Shown here piece by piece: positions 23,338 through 35,300 of a stretch of DNA of 64,000 nt (the first letter of the stretch is position 1; each line of letters starts with the position of its first letter). The position numbers were made by a program, and so were the translations under genes. The DNA comes from Eledone cirrhosa (taxonomy: Eukaryota), in assembly GCA_964016885.1 (NCBI GenBank), contig OZ024741.1, positions 134,354,001 to 134,418,000 of the forward strand. The letters are read 5' to 3'. Under the pieces are notes generated by a model, which had not been told where the DNA came from, ran no database searches, and saw nothing but the letters and a program-made list of their open reading frames with translations.

Positions 23338-26300
23338 CTGGAAAAGATGAGAAATGGCATAAGAATGTTTTCTAATTTAGGTACAAGGCAGGGGAATGTT
23401 GATTAAATCAACCGCAGTACTTGATTGGTACTTTATTTTATTGGGCCCCACCCCACTTGCTGCTTCACCAGGATGAGAGGCAAAGTTGACTTCAGAACAA
23501 ATACTGCAAAGCATTTTGTCCGGCATAATTTTATTCATTTAATCTTTACTTAGTTTCAGTCATGGGAGTGTGGCCATGCTGGGGACCTTAATGGAATTTT
23601 AATTAATCATGACAACACCAGTAAATATTTTATTGGTCTCTTTTTGTTAAAATGTTAAGTTACAGGACATAACCAAGCAGTAAATATAAACATAAACATG
23701 AACACACACACACACTGCATCATCATCATCACCCTTTAACATACATTTTCCATACTTGCATGGGTTAGATGAGTTGTCACATTATGAGACTAGTCAGGTC
23801 AGATGACCACATCTTACTCATACAGATCTGTTTTGTGCTTGGTTTCTACAACTCTTCCTAATGCCAACTATTTTATAGGGTGTAGTGGGAGCTTTTCTTG
23901 CGGTACGACCTCTACCACCTAAAAGGGGGGACTAGGTACTTTTTTGTCATGGTACCAGCACAACCATGTTATAGGGAAGACTGAGTACTTTTTTTTGTCA
24001 TAGCACCAATACGACCACCACACAGAGTGGACTGTGTGCTTTTTGTTGTGGCTCCAGTACAACCACCTTACTGGATAGATTGGGTGTTTTTTTATTGTGG
24101 TACTAGCAGGACCTCTTTACAGAGTGGACAGGGTACGTTTTGTTGTGGCAATATGACTACCACCTTTACAGGGTGGACTGGGTGCTTTTTTGTTGTGGCA
24201 CCAGCACGACCACTTTAAAGGGTGGATTGGGTGCTTTTTTTGTTGTGGCACCAGTACGACCACTTTAAAGGGTGGACTGGGTGCTTTTTTTGTTATGGCA
24301 CCAGTACGACCACTTTACAGGGTGGATTGGGTAATTTTTGTCATGGCATGAGGACTACCACTTTCCAAAGCAGATGTTAGGGATGTAAAATGATAATGTA
24401 AGTGTTACATACCAATTCCATGTTGTATTGCCCACCTCAGCAATATCTGAGCAACCGGTCTTTGATGCTTCTCTGCAATGGCTTTGAGGACTACATCATT
24501 CAGGAGCTATAATTACAAGGAGGCTTTCTTTATTTGCCACAGGAGCATACAGAAATAAAAAAAAACTTTCAAAGAAAAGTTGACTCAAACACTCACAAGA
24601 ATAGTAACTGATATTGGTGAAATAAACATTTAAATAGCTAAAATCACCCTTCCATGAATTAATTGTTTTAGTTTCAAAACACAGTCTCAGATCAAATCAC
24701 TTGCCAGACAAATATAAATCCACAATATCTTAATAACTTTTCCCAATAACAGAAAGGCTCCATAGAAGTAGTTGATAGTTTCTGTTACCTGTGTTACTCT
24801 AGCAGTAGAGGAGATAGCTCTGAAAACATAGTAGCTAGGATAAGAACAGGCTTGAAAAAATTCAGGGAGCTACTAACTCTGTTGACAACAAATGAAGGGC
24901 CACCCATGTCCTGCTGAATGTCCCTGAGAACTACATTAAAGATTCATGTGTCTATGGAATGCTCAGCCACTTGCACGTTAATTTCATGAGCAGGCTTTTT
25001 TGTTGATCAATTTGAATGGAACACTTATCATCGGAACCATCCTACTACTACCACAACCACCAACTACTACTACTACCATCACTACTTACTACTTCACCAC
25101 CATCACTACTACAACTACCACAAATACTACTACTACAACTATTAAAGTGTATATATGTTGTTGGAGTCTGGCCACTGGACATCGACTGAATAAATCTGAC
25201 CAATAACTGAGAGCCTGCAGACCCTTCTGCCTAACTGAAACCACAAAAAATATGTATATATTTCTATTGTTAATGGTAATCTAGATGTAATACCTGTTAC
25301 CAACCAGGCAGATTGAGACAAAGAATTACATGTCTTTCCCAGGTTACTTGACACAATGGTAGTAGGGATAAAGTTTGAATACAAGAATGTCCTTGAAAAC
25401 TTACCAAATTATCATTTGAGCTTCCAAGTGAAGAATATGCTTGATAATGTATGTTATTCTCTTGACATAACTGCCATACCTCTTTCTGTACTAGATGAGG
25501 ATGATGTTCATTCTGAGGAGAAAATTAATCATAGAAAATGATTGTTATTGTAAAATGAAGAGAAATACTTATGCTTTATTAATATTTCAACACTTAGCCT
25601 TTTCTTCCAATCACCTAGTTAAGCTGCATTTAACCAGAATCATATTTTAATACAATTAATGTATGGAAGTGTCTTTTTAGCCATTAAAAAAAAATAAAAA
25701 ATAAAAAACTGTTAATTTTACTTTATATTTATCATTTATTTCTAAGGAGCTGTGTCAGTGACCAGGTCAATGTGATAGTGTCGGTAACCCCACCACTACC
25801 ACTATCATCATTACTTTATATCTGCTTTTCTATGCTTTTATGGGTTGGACAGGTCTTTCTCAGCACAGCATCTCTCCACTCATCACATTCTTTCATTATC
25901 TTCTCTGTGAGCTTCAGAGATTTGAGATCAGCTCTCACAACCTTCACCCAGATCTTTCTTGGCCTTCCACTGGGATTTCTTGGCACATTTTTACCCAGTG
26001 ATCATCATCCATGCTCATCACATGTGCATACCAGCACAGTCTTCTCTGTACATCTGATTCTGCTTATCCATGCTTTGTTGTTCATCCACATTAATATTGT
26101 ACATCTATTGAATCATAGTTGCTTCAGGAAAGTTTGGGTATGTTTTTGAAGAGAGTGATTGGTTTTTACTTTGTCTGTTGCTGTAGTATGTACCTAGTGG
26201 GTAAAGTGGAGTGTGGAGTTATGCATTGTGTGAGTTGGTGGTGGATAGCATTGGTTTCATTTGGTATTGATGTTTGCTTCCAAGTTAAGACAATTGATAA

Positions 26301-29300
26301 TTTCAATTCATCATCATCATCATCATTTAAAGACTATATTCCATGATTGCATTGGTGAGAAGGCGGTCATGTGCTGAGGCCAGACTGGCCAGATGACTAG
26401 GCCCTGCTCATACACATTATTTTTTGTGTTCGTGGATAGTGTTGGTTTGGTGTAGATTTATGTACATTTAAATTAAGATTATGTCAAAAATACTTCAGAA
26501 AATATATATTGTTGAAATGAAGATAAAGTAGAATAGCAATGAATTTATGATGTACCTGAAGAACAACAGGTTTCACAGAACAATCTTGTAGAAGATCTTC
26601 CAGATGATGTTTCTGGTAATTTGAAATTCCAATTGACTTCAATTTACCTTTTGTACAAGATGGAGGAAAGAAAAAAACCAATAAAAGTAAGTGATTGGTA
26701 TTTGAATTAAATACATTTTAATAATGAATTTAGTAAACAATTGATTGACTATGACTAGTTAATTAATTTCACATTGTGATCAGTGTCTTCAAGTGTGAAA
26801 GTCGCAGGTACGAAGTGGCACGAAATGTGTGCTTAGAGGTGTTACAACACCACTGCTCGGATGACACACGCACACGCACATTATTCACACACACGTATAT
26901 ATATATATATATAAAGTAGTGTAGTTAATACGAAGCATAGTGAGATATGTAATAAAAGGCAGATAATTTTCAAAAGGACAATACAATGTGGCAGAAAAAT
27001 ACAATGGGCAAATGATGACAAATAAAACAGAACAAAGTAATATTTTGCTCAGTGCATTTCAACATGATATTTCTGGGCTATTATCCTCTTTTCAAATGTG
27101 GAGCTGAAATAGTTCAAAGCAAGACAAACGATTGATGTTTTTTCTCCTTAAGAGGCCCATGTGTCTGAAATATGCATACGTGAAATCACTATAGCAACCA
27201 GTCTGCCTCGTGCATTTTCAATCTATTATATATTTTGGTCTTTCCCAGCTGATGAGGGTCTCTTTAATTCTTAAATTGCCTATATTCCTTTCTGTCGCCT
27301 CTATGGTGACTTCAATGTCTTGGCTACAGCATCTATTGAGATATTTTTTAACAGAAGCTCTCATCATCATGTGCTCCTTGATCCATATGTGCAGCATCTG
27401 GACGGTACTTCCAATGTACGAGGAGCTACATTTTTTGCATGTGATCTTATAGACAACATACACTCCTATGGTTGGCTTGTCTGATGGCAGCTGTCTTCTC
27501 AGTGAAATGTGGCAGCTTTAGGTAGCATATGTTATCTCTCGGGGTGTGTGTCCTCCTTGTTCTTTTATATGTTGCTGCCTTAGCATTTCGGTTTTGATGA
27601 GAGAAGTGTGGCCATTTTCAATGAAAACTCTATGGAATTCCACTGTGCTGGTATGTCTGTCGCTACCCTCACTGTATCTGTTGTGTATCAGGGAGATGTC
27701 ATTCTGTATATAGGCCATTTTGGCTCTGAGGGAAGAGCAGAGTTGCGGTGCACAAAAATGTCTCTGCAGGCATCCTTCTTGGAAAATTTGGTGTACATGG
27801 ACCCTTCCTTTGTGACTCATAGTGTAAAGTTGAGTAGAGAGAAGGATCCAGAGGTGTTTGGATGTTCTACCGCAAATTTCACGTGTGCTTCTACATTTTT
27901 GAAGATGTAAATCTTGACGGCTTCTTCGCATGATCAAATGAGCATCAGGATACCATCTACATACCTGAAGAAGAAGGAGCAAGAGCAAGAGCATCAGGTG
28001 GTGAGTGCTGCACACTCCAACTGATCCATGTACATGATAGCCAGCAGGCCTGAAAGACTTGACCCCATCGGAAATCCTGAAATTTGTTTGTAGACAGAGC
28101 CTTCAAACTGGAAAAAAGTGTTGCACATGATGATAGAGAGCAGTTCATAAATGTCAGCAGTAGTGAGCCCAAAACAATTGAGGTTGGTAGGGGCGATGAT
28201 TTTGTTCATGATTAAGTCGATGGAGGGGGGGAAACTATGTCTAAACTAAATAGGGATCTATCTTGTCTAAGTGTGGTGAGGGTTAAGTTTTTTTAGTCTG
28301 TTGATTACTTCTTAATATCTGTCTCTGTGTCTAGGAAAAGTGTAAAGAAGTTTGAGAAGTCTGCAGAGAAGCCAGGAAATTTTGTAGAAAAGACCATTTT
28401 AACTTGGGCCTTGTTTTGTGTGTTTTAATACAATAGTAGAAGGTGGGGAGCTTACTGTTTCTGGTGATGAAGATGAATTTAATTCTACTAGGGAGACTTA
28501 TATTAGTATAACTGGTGTTAATGGTGACCTCTAGGTGGATGTTGTTGTTAACCTTACTATATAGAGTGGTGTTGTTAAGGTGTCCTAGCACTAGCTGTAT
28601 GTAAATGTGCTACTCATTGATGCAGAATTCTGTCTCTTTGTCTGATGGGAGGTATATTAATTTTTTTAATGCAGAGTGGTCAGCCAGGACCTAGAAAGAT
28701 TGAGAGAGGAGGAAGAATGCTTCTGTAAGATCTTGTAGATGGAATTCTTAAGTCTAGCTAGTTTAGTGTTAAGTTCAAGGTTGGTGGAGGTGGTTGGAGT
28801 GGATTGTGTGAGTGGAATATAGGGAAACATCCCAAGTTAGCATAGACAGAGGTAGAAGTAGTAGTTAGTAGTAGTAGCAGCAGTAGTGGCTGTGGTGGCG
28901 ACGGCAGTATAGGAAACGGTCATATTTGTTGTGGTAGGTCACCAAGAAAATAAAGCTTGACATAGAAGTCAACTTCTGCAAAACAGCATATCAGTTGAAA
29001 GGAGTGACAGCTATAACACCCATGCTTACCATAACTATAGCTGTCATCACTACCAAAACAAATGTGACCATTACCATCACTGCCACTAATGCTACTACCA
29101 TCTCTGTCAACACTAACTTTGGCTCTTTCCTTATATTCCACCCAGACAAGCCCCTCCAACCACCCCTACCAACCATGAACTTAGCACAAGCCAATTAAGG
29201 GAAAAAAACACACTGATCGTTCATCTTTCATTGAACTGTTTCAGCTCCACATTTGAAAAGAGGATAATAACACTGAAATATGTTGAAATGCACTGGGTAA

Positions 29301-32300
29301 AACATTACTTTGTTCTGTTTTATTTGTAATTATTTGCCCATTGTATTTATCTACTGTATTGTACCGGTTTTTAAAAATTATCGGTTTTTTATTGTATATA
29401 ATATGTATGCAGGGTAGCTTTAGATAAAAGGTCCTGGAAAACAATGCTCAATCTATTACAAGAGAGCTTATTTAGTATAATTAAAATTTCATACACTTAA
29501 CATTTAAGCATGACCTAAGGTTTGGGGTCTAGTTGTGGCCACCACTGTATAGTGGAGGAGCCATTTCAAAACTGGCCTTTCATCGGGCGCCTGGATCCCA
29601 AAGCCTAAGGTAGTGCAAACATGTTAAGTATATAAAATTTTAATTATATTATATATATATATATATGATGATGATGATGATAAAGGTTAAAGACAAAAGT
29701 TCCCCTCCGGGTTACAAGACCGGACCAGGTATTGTATTGTAGTATTCACTAAACTGCTAAAAAATAGTACCATGAGTTGTCTCCCTTGAGCTGTAACACC
29801 ATCTATCGCACGACACGGGAATTCTAAAGAATCTATTGAAAGTACCCAAATATCTAAGAGTAGAGATAGTTTATAGTCAAAGTTGAGGGGATCAGTGAAA
29901 TATAGAAACAGATAAAGTGCTGCTGCCTCTATAAAATGCACCCACTCCACCGTCTAAAATGGCAGTGCTAGTGTCACAATAACATTTCTCCAGTCCACTC
30001 TGTAAAGTGTTAGTGCTGATGCTATGATAAAATGTACCTAGTCCGTCTAATCCATGCAAGCATGGAAAATGGACGTTAAGTGATGATAATGATGATTATG
30101 ATGAAGAAAAAGAAACTTACTAAGAGTTCAACTCAAAGCCTCACCTTCCTTGTACAATACCTCCATATCTTTCCAACTCTGTTGCCGAAGCATCTTTATC
30201 TTGTCATCTGCAGGTTTGAACCCTCGTACACCAGGCCAGTGAATTAAATATAAGTCCAGGTAGTCAGTCTTCAAACGAGATAATGATTGTAAACAAGCTT
30301 CCCTGCATTTTCCACTCCCTTGATCAGTAGGAGCTGTAAAAAAGTAATAAAAACATATATTTAATGGATAATTTGAAGTAGAACCATTTTATTTGACAAA
30401 GCTGTTTATACAAAAACAAAACACACTATTAAAGGAAACAAAGCCCAAAAATTAACGAAATGAAACGAAAAATAAAAAAAGAATTAAACAATGAAAGCGA
30501 GGGAGAGAGGGCAGGAGCGACAGACACTATATCACAGGCTGAGCAGTGTTTCAGCTGCGCCCAGTGGACAAAATGGCAAAAGCATTAACGTGGAGAATGG
30601 CCAGACACCCGCTACAACAGCCACCACAACTCATGGGGCTCCTTCTTCAAATGGGTTGCTGTCTTTATGATTTTACACAGGAGATCAGCAGTGCAGGGAC
30701 CAAGGACACCAGAGGTTTCGATAGATACCAGTACAAAGAGGAAAGAGTCGGTCAGACCCCATTATGAAGTATGGTTAAATTGCTGAAGCACTGATGCAAC
30801 AAATATGACCTCAAAAAGAGCTCCTTTTTCATTATTAAATGTTTGGCATCTTACAGCAAAAATACCTCTTCAAACCTACAAAGATAGCTAAAAAAAGACA
30901 TTTTCTCCCTATAGAGTTAAACTAGCTAAATTATTGGTTGGGATCGTCAACAGCTGAGCCAATAATATATTTCTTATTATTGGTTCTATATCAGAGCTCT
31001 CAAACTCAAGAGGACCATTACATGATGGGGGAACAGTGGCCAAATCTGAGATGAGGTGAGGAGACGTGACTCACACCAGTTATAATGCTAATTTGCAATA
31101 CACCTGATAGACTGCTATTTTTTTCATCAAAATAAATACACATATGATAGTAAGTGGGATATGTGAATTAGTACACAATGTAAGGGAACAAATTTTCCAT
31201 TTCAAATTTTCTTTAATTCCATTTTTCCTTTTGATAATTTCCCTTTTTTCTGTTTTCATGTTTGATAAATTCCATATTCTCTATTGTGACACCAGCACTA
31301 CTACGTTACAGAATAGGCTGGCTGTATTTTATTGGGACACCAACACTAACACTTTACAGAGTGGGCTGAGTGTATATTATGATGGCACCAGCACTACCAT
31401 TTTATGAAGTGTACTAGATATGTTTTATCATAGCACCAGCACTACCACTTTACAGCATGTGCAGGGTGTGTTTTATTGTAACACTAGTACTACCACTTTA
31501 TAAAGTGTACTGAATGAATTTTGTGAGCATGACTAACACTTTACAGAATGGATTAGGTGTAATTTATTGTGACACCAGCACTAATACTTTATAAACTGTA
31601 CTAGATGCACTTTATTGTGACACCACTACTACTACTTTATAGAGTAGACACAGTGTATTTATTGTGACATCAGCACCAGAGAGGTTGTCTTATGATCGTC
31701 CAATACTGAACAGTACTCACATAATTTACTGGTGATGAATATGTCCTCTCTTTTCAAGTTATGTTTGTCAAGCAGTTCTGGAAGACTTGATCCAATGTCT
31801 GATTCATTCTTGTAGACTGAAGCTGTGTCTGTAAAGTGGAAGAACAGGAATGACTAGAAATCAGTAGTACATTTCATTTAACATACATATACGCATATAC
31901 ATGCATGCACACATACATACACGTGCACAAACACAATGCATGCACACACATACACACACTCTTTCTTTGTCTCATATACAGACACACATATTCGCTTGCT
32001 CATACACTCTCTCTCTTACACACACATTCACACTGTCTCACTCACATTAAATTTACAATCTTATAATTCTAATAACAGATTTAACAAATAGAATACATGT
32101 TATAATCCTGACTATAAGATATATACCATTCAATCTGCCATCTCATGATTCTTATAACAGATGTGACATCGTTTAACTGATATAATCATCATCATCATCA
32201 TCTTCGTTTAACGTCCATCTTCCATGCTAGCATGGGTTATAATCCTGCTTACAAAACATCTACCATTAAAGCTGTTGCCTCATAATTTTTTCAACAGATT

Positions 32301-35300
32301 TAACACTACTGAATGTAATCTGGAGGACCTGCCACGGGCAATGAATGACTGAGGATGAGTCTTGGCAATCCGTGCAACCAGCACGCTAAGATGATGATGG
32401 TGAACATCGTTTGCATGGATTTCGTTTTATTAAAAGGATTTGATCTGCCTTAAAACCCTAAAACATTCAACTTACCTATTCACCATCAATTGGAACACCT
32501 CTTATTCTGTCAGTCTTTTACAAGATGTCTGGCCTGTCTATAGAATTCATTTCATATAGGAAATTTAATTTGTTATAAATTCCTTTAAAATTATATTTTA
32601 AAATAAATTATAGTAAAATATATGAAATATACCTATAGATCGGTAACCAGCTCCAAAAGCAGCATCCAAAACAGAATATATCAACTCTTTTCCTTGAATT
32701 CTATGGGTTCCCACTGAAAAAAAAAACACTCTTTACATGATGTTTATAGTTAAATGTATTGCACTATAGTGGAGTCATTAGAAAGTCGGATAGGATGCTT
32801 TACACTATTCATTCCAGCTCTTTGAATTCAAATCCAGATCTTAGGCAGGAGAAAAAAGTTGTGCACTTGGTGTGGGAGTCCAATTGCTAATTTCTTTCGA
32901 GTAATCTTGACTAAAAGCCACGCATGTGCATGGATGTATGCAGCTCCACTCTTTTGTATCGCTAACATCATTACTTTCCATATAAGTTATGATGAATGTT
33001 TTGGCTTCTAGTGTTGCAATAGTTTCTGGGAATAATCTATGAAAGTGGCTGAGAAAGAGAGAAATAAGGTGGTTTATAGAATTCCTTTTGGACAGGCCAC
33101 CAAAATAAGGACAAATTAAGGTCTTTCTTGAAGTGATGCACAGCAAAGGACAAGGTGCTCAAAAGCAGGATGTGTGACCATTCTACCTGGGACTAACAAC
33201 AACAGTAGTGAACAACACACTTAGAATTTACATCACCAGTCTGGAACCCCTATCTTGCTCAGAACATTGACTGCCTGGAAACTGTTCAGAGACGTGCAAC
33301 CAAACGAATACCCTCCATGACGTATCTACCATACTCTGAACGCCTTGCTTCCCTGGGCATGGATACATTGAAGCTCCAACATCTAGCAACTGACTTGGTA
33401 AACACCCACAAAATTATTAAGCATCTTGCTAACAACAACCCTGAGTACCTTTTTGATTTCCATGTTTAACACACGTGGGCATACCCACAAAGTCAGAAAA
33501 CAACACAGCTCCCATAACTTTTGGAAACATTTTTTCACGCTCAGACCTGCTGAAGCATGGAACAAACTACCTGCATCAGTTGTTAGCTGTCGAGACACTG
33601 CATCCTTTAAAACCTCCATGCTTACCAAGATTCGCCAACACTACACCTAATATTCCCCCTCCATACACACACACACATGTATATCATGACTCATACACTA
33701 TTCACTTCCTTGACATTTGTATATTATTCTATGTACTATACATGCACCTTTGATGAGTTGTAGTGCACTTGAGCACTGTACACAATAATTTCATTACGGG
33801 GTCGATAAAATAAAGTACCAGTAATGCACTGGGTAATTGCTGGCCTTGTGCCAAAAGTAGAAACAATTATTACTAGCAGAATGGCCCGGCGTTGCTCGGG
33901 ATTTGCTCTAGGGTTCTTATATATTTGATATATATTTATCCTTATCGAGCCTCGTGAAATAAATACGTTTGTTTATATTTTGTTATTGTGTATGCAAAAA
34001 TATCTGTACACGAATATATAATTATATATATACAGAGAAGTACGGAATACCTCGGCCTCGGGAGGGTGTTTATATTTTGTGCTTATAAAAAAAATTCGTC
34101 ATAGATTACCGTGCGAAGAAAATCAATACTTTATCGCGAAATAAATACTTTTGTTTATATTTTTTGGCGATATCCAATTTTAGCTGTCTAAATGCAGCTT
34201 ACTTGCTGCAGTTGCTGCTTACTTCAATGTATGAGGCTATTCCAACAAATTTACATTCCCCTTTTTTTTAGCCGTTAAAAGAATATAGATTTATTTATTT
34301 ATTTTTTTGCGATTTATTTGCCACTGGGGCATAGATTTCTTTATTTACCCCTTTTTTGTTTGTTTGTTTTTTTGCGATTTATTAGCCTTTTAGGGTCACA
34401 CACACACCCGTAGAAAGTGTGCGACCTTTCTGCCAGGGAGTACAGAGAGAGGGGGGTGCTCCCTTCTTCTCTTACCTGTACAAGCCGATATAGAGAGATG
34501 GCCCACTTATACAGGCCATTATTGCTACTTTCACCCATCTTTCATGGAATTGGCTGGGACTGAGTGCCTTTTTCGGGTGAAAGTAGCAATAATGGCCCGT
34601 CTAAGTGGACCATCTCTCTATATCGGCTTGTACAGGTAAGAGAAGAAGGGAGCACCCCCCCCTCTCTCTGTACTCCCTGGCAGAAAGGTCGCACACTTTC
34701 TACGCGGGTGTGTGTGACCCCAAAAGGCTAATAAATCGCAAAAAAACAAACAAACAAAAAAGGGGCAAATAAATAAATCTATGCCCCAGTGGCAAATAAA
34801 TCGCAAAAAAAAAAAATAAATAAATCTATATTTCTTTTAACGGCTAAAAAAAGGGGGAATGTAAATTTGTTGGAATAGCCTCATACATTGAAGTAAGCAG
34901 CAACTATAGCAAGTAAGCGGCATTTAGACAGCTAAAATTGGATATCGCCATATATTAACATAACAGATTAAAGTTTAAGCAAAGAATCACTGCTTTCATC
35001 CTTAACGGGATCTTCTGAAACTAAAATTTAAAAAATCAATCTGTAAACGCAGAAGTAAATATTTCGAAAAACGTTTCACACTATATATATACATATATAC
35101 ACACACACACAGCTACGTCATAATGTCGTAATGCAGACAGCCAGGCATACAGACAGATATTATAAAGGCGCAACGTTATATCTATGTATCTATCTAAAAA
35201 GAGAAAGACTAAGAGAGGGAGAAAGAGTTCGCTAAATCGCCTAATGCTGTCGCTAGGGCATTGAAAATTTGAAATTTTTTTTTTTTTGCTCAAAACACTC

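Noticed and set aside
27140-27186. Hammerhead-like CTTAAGA...GAAATATGCATA near the PLE 3' end
   Set aside because: The core is mutated, stem III lacks the required A-U closing pair, and it is antisense to the ORF.
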